From Alphaproteobacteria bacterium (GTDB lineage: Bacteria > Pseudomonadota > Alphaproteobacteria > Micavibrionales > Micavibrionaceae), in NCBI GenBank assembly GCA_016794305.1, contig JAEUKN010000003.1:6707-70706 (forward strand): DNA of 64,000 nucleotides, in the 5' to 3' direction. How positions within the stretch are numbered: the first letter of the stretch is position 1; every line of letters begins with the position of its first letter. A program made the position numbers and the translations under genes. This document shows positions 54,134 through 64,000 of the stretch, in pieces. A model generated the notes under the pieces. That model was not told the DNA's origin, made no database searches, and worked only from the letters and a program-made list of their open reading frames with translations.

Positions 54134-55259
54134 CAGAGCAGAGGGTGAAATAGAACGTTGCGCCTTCCCCGACTTTTGAGTCGATCCATATACGCCCCCC
54201 ATGTTGTACAACAATTTGTTTGACAATTGCCAAACCCGCGCCGGTCCCGCCGCCATAGGCATCGCGCCCATGCAAGCGTTTGAACATTTTAAAGACCGAG
54301 TCATAATGTTTGTCCGGGATTCCGATGCCGTTGTCTTTGACATAAAAAGTGATGTTTTGCGGTGCAGCTTCATGTGAACAAACTCCTATGTGAATTTCTT
54401 TTTCCGGCTTGTTATTGTATTTAATGCCATTAACAATTAAATTGCGAAAGATTTCACCTACCCTCACTTGGTCACAAGTAACGGTTGGCAAATCGGACTC
54501 AATGACAATTTTGGCGCGATTATCCTTGAGATAAGTTTCCAACATTTCCATCACCCCATTGACGGTGGCGGCGATGTCCGTCTCTCCATATGATAACTCA
54601 GTTTTATTAATACGCGAGAAATATAATAAACTATCGATTAAGTCATTCATGCGGCGTGACATTTTCATCAGGCTTTCAAGCTTGTCTAAGCCCTCGCCAT
54701 CCAGAATATCCTGATAATCTTCACGCATAAACTGAGAATAACTATAAATCCCGCGAACAGGTTCCTTTAAATCGTGGGAAATTAGATAAACGAAGTCATC
54801 CAACTCGCGATTGCTTTTTTCTAGAGCCCGTACATATTTTTGCTGCTGCTCCTCTAAATTTTTTTGTACCGTAATATCACGGACGATACCAACGAAATAC
54901 CGTTTTCCTTCCTCAGTCACCTCCCCAATGCTCAACCACATCGGAAATATAGTGCCATCCTTGCGCTGGCCGGAAACTTCACGACCTATGCCGATGATCT
55001 TCGGTTCATTGCTATGGAGGTAATTGGAAATGTAGCCATCATGGTTGACCTTATAGTTGTGCGGCATCAACATTTTTACATTCTGACCCAAGGCATCCTG
55101 AGCAGAATAGCCAAAAAGCTTTTCACAAGCGCGGTTATAAGAGAGCATAATCCCGCCGCTATCAATCACAATCATCCCGTCAACCGTATTGTCCAATATC
55201 GATCGCAGCTGTTTCTCGGTGAATGTTTTTGAGTCTTCTAGCGCATTAGATTTTGTCAT
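54123..55259 (-). CDS. PAS-domain sensor histidine kinase (cytoplasmic)
   Basis: 378 aa. PAS (ILDNTVDGMIVIDSGGIMLSYNRACEKLFGY), H-box ISHDLKEPVRGI, N-box NLIVNGIKYN, G-boxes DNGIGI and GGTGAGLAI. No TM segment. Confidence 0.88.
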   Translation of the reverse strand: MTKSNALEDSKTFTEKQLRSILDNTVDGMIVIDSGGIMLSYNRACEKLFGYSAQDALGQNVKMLMPHNYKVNHDGYISNYLHSNEPKIIGIGREVSGQRKDGTIFPMWLSIGEVTEEGKRYFVGIVRDITVQKNLEEQQQKYVRALEKSNRELDDFVYLISHDLKEPVRGIYSYSQFMREDYQDILDGEGLDKLESLMKMSRRMNDLIDSLLYFSRINKTELSYGETDIAATVNGVMEMLETYLKDNRAKIVIESDLPTVTCDQVRVGEIFRNLIVNGIKYNNKPEKEIHIGVCSHEAAPQNITFYVKDNGIGIPDKHYDSVFKMFKRLHGRDAYGGGTGAGLAIVKQIVVQHGGRIWIDSKVGEGATFYFTLCSDAG

Positions 55260-55389
55260 TTCATGATCTCATTTCCAAAATACTTTTTCAATTCTGTATT
55301 CAGTTTTGATGGCCAAAAAACAGAAATAAAAAAAGATCCTTCCCCAAAGATAATATAAAGAAACATTACGCAGACTTTGCCGGGCGGTC

Positions 55390-55539
55390 TTAGAACCTGT
55401 TCATAATCTCTACTCTGGCGTTGGCTTTTCACGGTATTTCTGCGCTTCCGCTTCTCACGTACATCTATGTACGATCCGATGCGGTTCTCGAAAAACCGTA
55501 AAAATCCTGTGCCATAGCGAGATTATGAACAGGTTCTTA
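55390..55539 (+). mobile_element. MITE copy D
   Basis: TTAGAACCTGTTCATAATCTC ... GAGATTATGAACAGGTTCTTA. Confidence 0.85.
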
Positions 55540-55774
55540 CCGTCCGCAGAGCCATCATAAATAGCCTCTAATAAATAGCCTCTAAGAGTACCAAGTGCGA
55601 TTTACCTGCCACCTACTATATAAGTATATAGTAAAACTTCAAGCTTAAAAAGCAATAAATGCAATCTATGGGTGTATTTATTGATTGTTTTTGAGCCCAT
55701 ACTGTGAAGGAAAAGAATATTTGGTGAATCATTGCACTTGAAAGAGTGCCTTATATGTTGAATAATGTGGAGTC

Positions 55775-55924
55775 TAAGAACCTGTTCATGAACTCGCGGC
55801 GGCTAAGGATTTTTGAGGTTTTTCGAGAACCGCACCGGAACGTACATATGAGTACTTGAGGAGTGGAAGCGCAGAAATGCCGCAAAAAGCCAACACCGGA
55901 GCAGAGATCATGAATAGGTTCTTA
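55775..55924 (-). mobile_element. MITE copy E (opposite orientation, more divergent interior)
   Basis: TAAGAACCTGTTCATGAACTC ... GAGATCATGAATAGGTTCTTA. The interior is the reverse complement of copies A-D (ggaagcgcagaaatgccgcaaaaagccaacaccgga). Confidence 0.8.
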
Positions 55925-56089
55925 TAAGAGTTTGTTTGCATCCTCTAACTCTGAGGGCGCATCTGTTTGCAACTCTTTGTAAAATTTGATGGGCTGAAGG
56001 AGATTGAATAGCTGTTATATAGTGCTATTTAATGATATAGATTTGTTTTTTAATTGGCTTTTGTTTTTTAACGGACTACGGAACAAGAT

Positions 56090-58000
56090 ATGAATCGTAA
56101 TTTATTGTTTTGGTTGGCAATTGGCTTAACCTTGGCGTTTTTGTTTAATATTTTCCAAAACTCTAAGTCAATGCATGGCAAAACTGCGGATACATTGGCC
56201 TATAGCGATTTTATGGCAGAAGCCAAAAAGGGCAGCATTGCCGATGTGGTGATTGAGGGGCAAAATCTCTCCGGTCATTATACCGGCGGTGGGAAAGAGT
56301 TTTACAGCTTTATTCCCATGGGTGAAAATGTCGTGGAGCGGCTAAACGGCACACGCGTTCGGATTAAGGCCGAACCGGAAAATGGTGAAAAAATCTCGAT
56401 TTTCAGTGTTTTGCTTTCCTGGTTTCCTATGCTGTTGCTGATCGGCGTATGGATTTTCTTTATGCGCCAGATGCAGGGCAAGGGTGGTGGAGCCTTAGGA
56501 TTCGGCAAATCTCGCGCCCGTATGCTCACTGAAAAGCAAGGGCGAGTGACGTTTGAAGATGTTGCGGGGATTGATGAAGCCAAGGAAGAGCTCTCCGAAG
56601 TGGTGGAATTCCTTAAGGATCCGCAGAAATTTCAACGATTGGGCGGAAAAATCCCTAAGGGAGCCTTATTGGTCGGGCCCCCCGGAACCGGTAAAACCCT
56701 GATCGCGCGTGCCGTAGCAGGCGAAGCCAATGTGCCGTTTTTCACCATCTCCGGTTCTGATTTCGTTGAAATGTTCGTGGGCGTGGGTGCGAGCCGTGTG
56801 CGGGATATGTTTGAGCAGGCCAAGAAAAACGCACCCTGCATTATCTTCATTGATGAAATTGATGCGGTGGGCCGTCATCGCGGTGCGGGGCTTGGCGGCG
56901 GGAATGACGAACGCGAGCAAACACTCAATCAATTATTGGTGGAAATGGACGGGTTCGAAGCCAATGAGGGTGTCATTATTATTGCGGCGACCAACCGCCC
57001 CGATGTGCTGGACCCTGCGCTGTTGCGCCCCGGACGCTTTGACCGTCAGGTGGTTATCCCCAATCCGGATGTGAAGGGCCGTGAGAAAATTTTGAAGGTT
57101 CACATGAAAAAAGTACCGCTCGCCAGTACCGTGGATGCGATGGTGATTGCCCGCGGAACGCCCGGATTTTCGGGGGCTGATCTCGCGAATTTGGTCAATG
57201 AAGCCGCCCTGTTGGCCGCGCGGAAAAACAAGCGCGTGGTGGGCATGGATGATTTCGAATCGGCCAAGGATAAGGTGATGATGGGGGCCGAGCGTCGTTC
57301 CATGGCGATGACCGATGCTGAGAAAAAATTGACAGCCTATCACGAAGCAGGACACGCGATTATTGCGCTCAATGAGCCAGAATCGGACCCGATCCATAAG
57401 GCTACGATTGTCCCGCGCGGGCGTGCCCTTGGGATGGTGATGCGCCTGCCCGAAGGCGACAGGGTGTCTATGTCCAAGGCGAAGTTAGAGGCTGATTTGA
57501 CCGTGGCTATGGGCGGACGCATTGCCGAAGAATTGATTTTCGGGGCGGAAAAAGTGACCACCGGGGCCTCCAGCGATATTTCGATGGCCACCGAAATTGC
57601 CCGCCGTATGGTGACCGAATGGGGCATGAGCGATAAATTGGGCCCATTGAGATATGCGAGCAACCAAGAAGAAGTTTTCCTCGGCCATTCCGTATCCCAA
57701 ACCAAAAACATGTCTGATGCGACGGCATCAATTGTGGATAGCGAGATTCGCAGAATTGTCGAAGAAGCCTATAGCCGCGCCACCCAAATTTTAAATGATA
57801 AAATCAATGATCTGCACGTGCTGGCTAAGGCTTTGCTGGAATATGAATTGTTGACAGGTGATGAAATTCGGGCGTTATTGCGCGGGGAGGCCATTTTGCG
57901 CGATAGCGATGATGACACATCCTCTGATCCGCCTCGATCCTCCGTTCCCAAGGGCAGCGGCCTTCAGGGGCAAACGGCGGGCACAATACAAAATGCCTGA
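56090..58000 (+). CDS. ftsH: ATP-dependent zinc metalloprotease FtsH
   Basis: 636 aa. Two N-terminal TMs, Walker A GPPGTGKT, Walker [32 protein letters not shown], and the zinc motif HEAGHA. Confidence 0.96.
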   Translation: MNRNLLFWLAIGLTLAFLFNIFQNSKSMHGKTADTLAYSDFMAEAKKGSIADVVIEGQNLSGHYTGGGKEFYSFIPMGENVVERLNGTRVRIKAEPENGEKISIFSVLLSWFPMLLLIGVWIFFMRQMQGKGGGALGFGKSRARMLTEKQGRVTFEDVAGIDEAKEELSEVVEFLKDPQKFQRLGGKIPKGALLVGPPGTGKTLIARAVAGEANVPFFTISGSDFVEMFVGVGASRVRDMFEQAKKNAPCIIFIDEIDAVGRHRGAGLGGGNDEREQTLNQLLVEMDGFEANEGVIIIAATNRPDVLDPALLRPGRFDRQVVIPNPDVKGREKILKVHMKKVPLASTVDAMVIARGTPGFSGADLANLVNEAALLAARKNKRVVGMDDFESAKDKVMMGAERRSMAMTDAEKKLTAYHEAGHAIIALNEPESDPIHKATIVPRGRALGMVMRLPEGDRVSMSKAKLEADLTVAMGGRIAEELIFGAEKVTTGASSDISMATEIARRMVTEWGMSDKLGPLRYASNQEEVFLGHSVSQTKNMSDATASIVDSEIRRIVEEAYSRATQILNDKINDLHVLAKALLEYELLTGDEIRALLRGEAILRDSDDDTSSDPPRSSVPKGSGLQGQTAGTIQNA

Positions 58001-58949
58001 TATGCTGCGCAGCAAATCATCTGATTTTAACATCATGGATGCCGCCGGATATGGGCACTTCCGCGTGTGGAAGGACCGTGCCTATTTGATGAAATTGGCA
58101 CTCGTTCCCTTTCTGATTAAGCTGGCATCCATTGTGGCGGTAATGGCGATGGAGTATCAGGAGGATTATTTAAAGCAAGGGCTCGTGATGTTACCATCAC
58201 TATGCGCTATGGGGTGGATGTTGGCGCAATATACCAGAACCTTGTTGCTTAATGAACGCTGGCCCACCACAATGACTCACATGACATTTATGATGCGCCA
58301 GGGCAGCATAGATAAGAAAAAAGCCATGGGCTTTATAATGTGGCGTGCGCGTGGGATTTTGGCATCCATCCTAGTGTATGTTTTTTTTGGGCTTGTTTCC
58401 TCTGTCCTTGTCTATTTGATGAGCACGATGTTAGTGGTTCCCGTGGTGGGTGACGGACAACAAGCTGAAATCTCCCAGGCCGCTGCTGATGCTTCATTAT
58501 CCCCCCTCTTATCCCTCTTGACTCTTGTGGCCGGGGTGGGGCTGATGATTGGGGCCTTTTGGTCGTTCCGGCTGGTGTGGCTATATATCCCGTTTGCGGT
58601 GCTTTACCCGCTCCGTGATTATTTGTATCAGGTGCGCGGATTTATGAGCTCGTTGCGCTATATCGTGCTGTTTTTCTGTTGTATGGCACCGGCTTCGTTC
58701 GTGATGATGATGGTGGTGCGGTTGATCTTTACGATTCTTGGCGGTGGGGACACCGCGACCATTGATGGAAATGATGTCACCCCGATGAATATTCAAATCG
58801 CACGATTTTTAACGATTGGGTTGCAGTCCTTTACCGAGATTCTGATTGCCCTGATCTGGACAGCGGGATTTGCCTGGGCGATGCGTGGATTTTTACCGCG
58901 CGCAAAAGACACATTTAACGACTTCCCATCAATGAGTATAAAAAAATAA
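57993..58949 (+). CDS. hypothetical polytopic membrane protein
   Basis: ATG at 57993 overlaps the ftsH stop (alternative ATG at 58002). The ORF-track start at 57858 lies inside ftsH. Several hydrophobic helices. No recognised family. Confidence 0.5.
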   Translation: MPDMLRSKSSDFNIMDAAGYGHFRVWKDRAYLMKLALVPFLIKLASIVAVMAMEYQEDYLKQGLVMLPSLCAMGWMLAQYTRTLLLNERWPTTMTHMTFMMRQGSIDKKKAMGFIMWRARGILASILVYVFFGLVSSVLVYLMSTMLVVPVVGDGQQAEISQAAADASLSPLLSLLTLVAGVGLMIGAFWSFRLVWLYIPFAVLYPLRDYLYQVRGFMSSLRYIVLFFCCMAPASFVMMMVVRLIFTILGGGDTATIDGNDVTPMNIQIARFLTIGLQSFTEILIALIWTAGFAWAMRGFLPRAKDTFNDFPSMSIKK

Positions 58950-58991
58950 ATGTGCAATGGTAAAGTGGCACAAAAATTAAAGGCATAGAAA

Positions 58992-59315
58992 ATGAAATTA
59001 TTTGTGACTGATTTTTCAGGTATCGAGCATGAATTGGAAGCCATTGAAGGATGGCGGGTGATGGAAATTATCCGTGATTACGGACTGCCGATTAAGGCGG
59101 AATGCGGCGGGTGCTGCCTGTGCGGGACGTGCCATGTGTATGTGGCCGATGAATGGCTGGATCGGCTTTATCCCAAAAGCGATGACGAAGAAGACCGTTT
59201 GATGGAGGATGCGGTGGGGGTTGGGTCCAATTCGCGCCTGTCCTGTCAAATTTTAATGTCCGAAGCGCTGGACGGGTTGCGTGTCACGCTGGCTCCCGGT
59301 TCGGAAAAAGAATAG
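58992..59315 (+). CDS. [2Fe-2S] ferredoxin, adrenodoxin/putidaredoxin type
   Basis: 107 aa. C-x5-C-x2-C (ECGGCCLCGTCHVYV) plus the distal SRLSCQI cysteine. Confidence 0.85.
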   Translation: MKLFVTDFSGIEHELEAIEGWRVMEIIRDYGLPIKAECGGCCLCGTCHVYVADEWLDRLYPKSDDEEDRLMEDAVGVGSNSRLSCQILMSEALDGLRVTLAPGSEKE

Positions 59316-59372
59316 AAAAAATCAGCCGCAAAACTATAAATGATCTGAAATTATAAATGATATGAGTTCAAA

Positions 59373-60938
59373 ATGAATCCGGTTGACCAACGCCGTACCT
59401 TTGCGATTATTGCCCACCCCGATGCGGGGAAAACGACTCTCACGGAAAAACTCCTGTTATTCGGGGGTGCCATTCAGTTGGCCGGTATGGTCAAGGCCAG
59501 GGGCGACCGCCGCCGCGCGCGGTCAGATTGGATGAAGGTGGAGCAAGAGCGCGGAATTTCCGTGGCGTCATCGGTCATGACGTTTGACTATCAAAACCTC
59601 ACCTATAATTTGCTGGATACTCCCGGCCACGAAGATTTTTCTGAGGACACGTATCGCACGCTCACGGCTGTTGATAGTGCCGTTATGGTGCTCGATGCCG
59701 CCAAGGGGATTGAGACGCAGACATTAAAGCTCTTTGAGGTCTGCCGGCTGCGCAATATTCCAATCATCACCTTTATCAACAAAATGGACCGTGAGGCACT
59801 CGACCCTTTCGCATTAATGGATGAAATCGAGGATCGGTTGCAGATGGAGGTCACCCCCGCGAGCTGGCCGATCGGTATGGGGCGCGAGTTTCGCGGTTGT
59901 TATGACTTGCTCAAAGATCAATTGGTGCTGTTTGACCGCAGCAAGGGAGAATCAGTGGGCGAGAGCATTACCTGCAGCGGGTTGGACGATGCGCAAATTG
60001 ACCAAAAACTTGCCCCTGATCAGGCCGCAAAATTGCGCGAAGATGTTGAGATGATTCGCGGCGTTTGCCCCCCTTTTGATGTCGAATCTTATTTGGGCGG
60101 CCATATGACTCCGGTGTTTTTTGGATCGGCTGTCAATAATTTCGGCGTGCGCGAATTGTTGGAAGGGATCGGGAGCTTTGCCCCCGCCCCGCGTGCGCAG
60201 AAAACAGCCGAGCGTGTGGTGACCCCGACGGAGGACAAAGTCACGGGATTCGTCTTTAAAATTCAGGCCAATATGGACCCCAAACACCGCGACCGCATTG
60301 CCTTTACGCGGCTATGTTCGGGGACGTTTAAACGCGGTATGAAATTATTTCATACACGGTCCGGCAAACAAATGGTGATTCATTCGCCATTGATGTTTTT
60401 TGCGCAAGAACGTGAGATGGTAGACGAAGCAGTGGGCGGCGATATTATCGGCATCCCCAACCATGGCAATTTGCGCATTGGTGATGTTTTGACCGAAGGG
60501 GAGATGCTCAAATTCACCGGCATTCCCTCCTTCGCGCCCGAATATTTGCAACGTGTCTCGGCCGAAGACCCCTTGAAAGCCAAGCATTTGGGCAATGCCC
60601 TGCAACAATTGGCGGAGGAAGGCGTGGCGCGGGTTTTCCGCCAACGCATTGATAATAATTGGATTGTCGGCGTGGTGGGGATGCTGCAATTTGACGTGCT
60701 GGCCGACCGTATCCGCACCGAATATAATTTGCCCGTGAAGTTTGAACCGGTGAGCCTGTATACGGCGCGCTGGGTGATGTGCGATGATGCAGCAAAACTG
60801 AAAAATTTCCTTGATGCGAACCGCAGCGCGATTGCCGATGATCATGACTCTGATCCGGTGTTTATGGCGCGCAATGCGTGGCATTTGAATGATACGATGG
60901 ATAAATTTAAGGACATTAAATTTACCGCGACTAAATAA
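59373..60938 (+). CDS. prfC: peptide chain release factor 3
   Basis: 521 aa. RRTFAIIAHPDAGKTTLTEKLLLFGGAI, DTPGHEDF and NKMDRE. Confidence 0.95.
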   Translation: MNPVDQRRTFAIIAHPDAGKTTLTEKLLLFGGAIQLAGMVKARGDRRRARSDWMKVEQERGISVASSVMTFDYQNLTYNLLDTPGHEDFSEDTYRTLTAVDSAVMVLDAAKGIETQTLKLFEVCRLRNIPIITFINKMDREALDPFALMDEIEDRLQMEVTPASWPIGMGREFRGCYDLLKDQLVLFDRSKGESVGESITCSGLDDAQIDQKLAPDQAAKLREDVEMIRGVCPPFDVESYLGGHMTPVFFGSAVNNFGVRELLEGIGSFAPAPRAQKTAERVVTPTEDKVTGFVFKIQANMDPKHRDRIAFTRLCSGTFKRGMKLFHTRSGKQMVIHSPLMFFAQEREMVDEAVGGDIIGIPNHGNLRIGDVLTEGEMLKFTGIPSFAPEYLQRVSAEDPLKAKHLGNALQQLAEEGVARVFRQRIDNNWIVGVVGMLQFDVLADRIRTEYNLPVKFEPVSLYTARWVMCDDAAKLKNFLDANRSAIADDHDSDPVFMARNAWHLNDTMDKFKDIKFTATK

Positions 60939-60954
60939 TATAACGTAAATTTAT

Positions 60955-62157
60955 ATGAATGATCAGGTTGAATTATTTCCGGTGATTTTATCGGGCGGCG
61001 TGGGGGCGCGGCTGTGGCCGCTCTCGCAAAAGGACCATCCGAAGCCGTTTTTGCCGCTCCCCGACGGTCAAACTTGTTTGCAAAAAACTTACCACCGCGC
61101 GCGCAACTTGGCGCATGTACGGCGGATTTTGACCCTTACGCATCGTGATCTCTATGCCCTGAGTTTAGAGGAATATCGCGCGGCCCAAGAAGCAGATCAA
61201 GACGCGGATCGGGAGGTAGGTTATACCCTTAAACCCAACTCAACGCCGATTGATCATTGTTTTATTCTGGAACCGGTGGGGCGCAATACGGCGGCGGCCC
61301 TTTTGCTCGCGGCTTTTTATTATCTTGATCATGTGGGGGTGGGGGCTGTTCTGCTTGCTCTGCCGGCGGATCATGTGATTGAAGATAAGGGGGAATTTGC
61401 ACAGGCAGTATCAAAGGCGCAAACCCTGGCGCAGACGGGCCGTGTGGCGATTCTGGGCGTTCACCCGCATCATGCGGATACGGGGTTTGGCTATATTGAA
61501 TATGAAGGGGAACAGGTCAAACGATTCGTTGAAAAACCATCCCAAGAGGTGGCAAATGATTATGTGGCATGTGGCCGATATGTATGGAATGCGGGGATTA
61601 TTTGCGCGCGCGCCGATGTGATTATTGCCGAATTTGAAAGCCATGCACCATATTTGGTTGGCCCCGTTCGGGCGGCATATTTGCGGGCGCAAAAGCATCA
61701 GGAAGCACAACAGGAACTGCAGAAAAAAGCACTGCAAAATGACCCTGATATCATTAAAATTGCTGCGGTGGATTTTGCACAAATCCCCAGCATTTCAATT
61801 GATTATGCCATACTTGAAAAATCGCAAAAACTTTCGGTGGTCGTGGCGCATATGGGGTGGCGCGATATCGGGTCATGGAACGCGATGGCGGAACTTACCC
61901 CGGCGGACGATTGCGGCAACCGCGTGGTGGGTGATGTGATGGTGCATCATACATCGAATTGTTACATTCACGGACAGGAAAAAATGGTGGCGGTTCTGGG
62001 GTTAAAGGATATGATTATTGTGGATACGCCTGATGCCCTTTTGATCGCGCACAAAGATTTTGCGCAGCATTTGCGTCATGTCGTGGACCATGCTGCGGGT
62101 TCTGTTGCTGCTGTTCGGGATGCGGACGATCATCAAGATTTAATGGATGGGTCATAG
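60955..62157 (+). CDS. manC: mannose-1-phosphate guanylyltransferase (nucleotidyltransferase part; no obvious C-terminal cupin)
   Basis: FPVILSGGVGARLWPLS, EPVGRNTAAA, FGYIEY and ISIDYAILEKS. At 400 aa it is shorter than my recollection of bifunctional ManC/CpsB proteins. Confidence 0.7.
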   Translation: MNDQVELFPVILSGGVGARLWPLSQKDHPKPFLPLPDGQTCLQKTYHRARNLAHVRRILTLTHRDLYALSLEEYRAAQEADQDADREVGYTLKPNSTPIDHCFILEPVGRNTAAALLLAAFYYLDHVGVGAVLLALPADHVIEDKGEFAQAVSKAQTLAQTGRVAILGVHPHHADTGFGYIEYEGEQVKRFVEKPSQEVANDYVACGRYVWNAGIICARADVIIAEFESHAPYLVGPVRAAYLRAQKHQEAQQELQKKALQNDPDIIKIAAVDFAQIPSISIDYAILEKSQKLSVVVAHMGWRDIGSWNAMAELTPADDCGNRVVGDVMVHHTSNCYIHGQEKMVAVLGLKDMIIVDTPDALLIAHKDFAQHLRHVVDHAAGSVAAVRDADDHQDLMDGS

Positions 62158-63198
62158 ATGAAAACGGCGCTCATCACCGGGATTACGGGCCAGGACGGAG
62201 CCTATTTGGCTGCGTTTTTGCTGCAGCAAAATTATAAAGTTTACGGCACCTATCGCCGCACGTCATCGCCCAATTTTTGGCGGATTGAGTATTTGGGAAT
62301 TCATGATCATCCGCATTTGCATCTGGTGCCCTATGACCTCACCGATGCCGGTGCGGCCTTTCGCTTGATTGAAAAAACTGAAGCTGAGGAGGTTTATAAT
62401 CTCGCGGCGCAAAGCTATGTCGGCGTGTCATTCGATCAACCCTCCACCACCGCGCAAATCACGGCATTGGGGCCGCTCAACCTTCTTGAAGCCATTCGCA
62501 CTATCAACCCCAAAATCAAATTTTATCAGGCCTCCAGCTCTGAAATGTTTGGCATGGTGCAATCCGTTCCGCAAACCGAATCAACTGCATTTTATCCGCG
62601 CAGCCCATACGGTATCGCCAAATTATATGCGCATTGGATGTGTGTGCATTACCGCGAAGCCTATGGGATTTTTGCCGCTAGCGGGATTTTATTCAATCAT
62701 GAATCCCCCCTGCGTGGACATGATTTTGTCACCCGTAAAATTACTGACGGGCTCGCCAGGGTGAAATGCGGCACGTTGGATTGCCTGCGGCTTGGTAACC
62801 TTGATGCGCGGCGCGATTGGGGCTTTGCGGGGGATTATGTGGCCGGCATGTGGCAAATGTTGCAACATAGCCATGCCGATACATTTGTCCTGGCCACGGG
62901 GCGCAGCGAAACAGTGCGGCATTTTGCAACAGTTGCGGCGACGGCGGCAGGATTTGACCCGGAATGGTTAGGTGCGGGGCGTGATGAGATTGCCCGCGAC
63001 CGATTGAGCGGCCAGACCATTATCAGCAGTAACCAAGATTATTTCCGCCCGACTGAGGTTGACCTCCTCATTGGCGACGCGCACAAGGCCGCTGAGACTC
63101 TCAATTGGCATCCCACACACACGTTGGAGCAACTTTGTGAGATGATGATGCGTGCGGATTTGAAACGGCATCAAAATATTCGCGTGACAAGGCCCTAA
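62158..63198 (+). CDS. gmd: GDP-mannose 4,6-dehydratase
   Basis: 346 aa. [42 protein letters not shown] and [10 protein letters not shown]. The start abuts the manC stop. Confidence 0.93.
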   Translation: MKTALITGITGQDGAYLAAFLLQQNYKVYGTYRRTSSPNFWRIEYLGIHDHPHLHLVPYDLTDAGAAFRLIEKTEAEEVYNLAAQSYVGVSFDQPSTTAQITALGPLNLLEAIRTINPKIKFYQASSSEMFGMVQSVPQTESTAFYPRSPYGIAKLYAHWMCVHYREAYGIFAASGILFNHESPLRGHDFVTRKITDGLARVKCGTLDCLRLGNLDARRDWGFAGDYVAGMWQMLQHSHADTFVLATGRSETVRHFATVAATAAGFDPEWLGAGRDEIARDRLSGQTIISSNQDYFRPTEVDLLIGDAHKAAETLNWHPTHTLEQLCEMMMRADLKRHQNIRVTRP

Positions 63199-63252
63199 AA
63201 ATCGGCGATAAACGGTGAAACTTCATGAGTAATTGATGATGGTACAAAGATT

Positions 63253-64000
63253 ATGACCCAAAAATTATCCGTATCTGATTTACTTGATATTGCCCCGCTC
63301 ACCATTGATGACATTCACAAAATTTTGGACCGGGCAAAGTTTTTTAAAGGCGCATTGGCCGACAGAAATGTCCCGCAGACTTTAAAACAAAAAATCATTA
63401 TGACTGTGTTCGTTGAAAATTCAACACGGACAAGGACATCGTTTGAAACCGCTGTTCTGCGTCTGGGCGGGCGCTTGATTAACTGGGATGAAAAAATTTC
63501 GTCAGCCCAAAAAGGTGAAAGTTTCAGTGACACGCTCAACTACCTCAATGGCTATGCGCCCGATGCGCTGATCGTGCGGCATTTTGAATATAACGCGCCG
63601 CATTTTGTGGCGGGCATTATGGATTGCCCCGTCATCAATGCCGGTGATTCGTGGCGTGAACACCCCTCTCAAGCTTTGCTTGATGCCTTTACCATTCAGG
63701 AATTTAAGGGCGGGATCGCGGGGATGCGCGTGGCAATTGTGGGTGATCTGGCACATAGTCGCGTGGCCAATTCCAATGTGGCTTTGCTGACAAAATTGGG
63801 CGCGCAGGTTCACCTGATCGCGCCGCAAAATTTGCAACCGCGCAGCGTGTCGGACAATGTGCGCGTGTTTGATCGTTTGGAAGACGGGTTGACGGATTGT
63901 GACGTGGTGATGCCGTTGCGAATTCAAAAGGAACGCATGGATAGTGCCGTCATTCCCAATGACACTGCGTATTTCCATGCCTTTGGTCTAACGCGGGAAC
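63253..64000 (+). CDS. pyrB: aspartate carbamoyltransferase catalytic subunit, N-terminal part (runs off window)
   Basis: Open-ended frame not in the ORF track. MTQKLSVSDLLDIAPLTIDDIHKILDRA..., VENSTRTRTSFE (STRTR), ESFSDT, and REHPSQALLDAFT (HPSQ). Confidence 0.85.
   Translation, partial: MTQKLSVSDLLDIAPLTIDDIHKILDRAKFFKGALADRNVPQTLKQKIIMTVFVENSTRTRTSFETAVLRLGGRLINWDEKISSAQKGESFSDTLNYLNGYAPDALIVRHFEYNAPHFVAGIMDCPVINAGDSWREHPSQALLDAFTIQEFKGGIAGMRVAIVGDLAHSRVANSNVALLTKLGAQVHLIAPQNLQPRSVSDNVRVFDRLEDGLTDCDVVMPLRIQKERMDSAVIPNDTAYFHAFGLTRE

Noticed and set aside
51726-55924. MITE copies as a CRISPR-like array, tRNA genes or an IS element
   Set aside because: The copies are ~150 bp long, irregularly spaced by whole genes, and internally palindromic. 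No cloverleaf can be drawn and no transposase ORF is present. A non-autonomous MITE is the simplest reading.
60955-62157. manC as a truncated pseudogene (400 aa, no C-terminal cupin)
   Set aside because: The frame is intact from start to stop and abuts gmd precisely (TAG-ATG). Guanylyltransferase-only ManC proteins may exist, from my recollection. There is no frameshift or remnant cupin sequence downstream.
1-64000. Prophage, integrative element, toxin-antitoxin or recognisable defence-system genes; rRNA, tRNA or tmRNA genes
   Set aside because: I found no integrase, recombinase, capsid/terminase, restriction/methylase, Cas, nuclease-helicase pairs or small TA-like pairs. No intergenic stretch could be folded by eye into a tRNA cloverleaf. 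A tRNAscan/Infernal and DefenseFinder/PADLOC run would be needed to confirm the negatives.

Overview
This is a chromosomal window from what looks like an alphaproteobacterium. The supporting gene orders are divergent comEC|gltX, spoT-DUF2062-acpS-lepB, pyrH-frr-uppS-cdsA, cvpA-purF and rph-rdgB-hemW. I call about 50 protein genes, mostly housekeeping: aminoacyl-tRNA synthetases, leuB, spoT, parE, rpsA, mutL, kdsA, ftsH, prfC, gmd, and pyrB running off the 3' edge. By eye I found no rRNA, tRNA, CRISPR array, transposase, integrase or phage genes. The intergenic DNA is unusual because it is packed with several families of short dispersed repeats. These include a ~150-bp palindromic TA-flanked MITE (5 full copies plus remnants), a 104-bp element present as an inverted pair 13 kb apart, small GC hairpins, heptad arrays, and tandem duplications of stop-codon+Shine-Dalgarno junctions. 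The repeats sit where conserved alphaproteobacterial gene orders are broken and where visibly AT-richer orphan genes are inserted. The most interesting region is 43.8-55.9 kb. It starts with a 2593-aa two-partner-secretion-type exoprotein (TPS domain, ~12 FG-GAP-like blades, a beta-helix segment, 10 MBG domains including six mosaic 258-bp tandem repeats) that has no TpsB transporter nearby. A translationally coupled bitopic-protein/pilin-like-protein pair and a PAS-kinase/CheY pair follow it. Each of these modules is separated from the next by a MITE copy. Other items worth a second look are listed in the findings: a ydbH-ynbE-ydbL envelope lipid-transport operon with an extra lipoprotein, an orphan atypical Flp pilin, a secreted tandem-domain protein with poly-C/poly-G tracts at its 5' end, a response regulator with an unrecognised N-terminal domain, and several AT-rich orphan ORFs. 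All functional calls come from motif recognition by eye. No database search was run.
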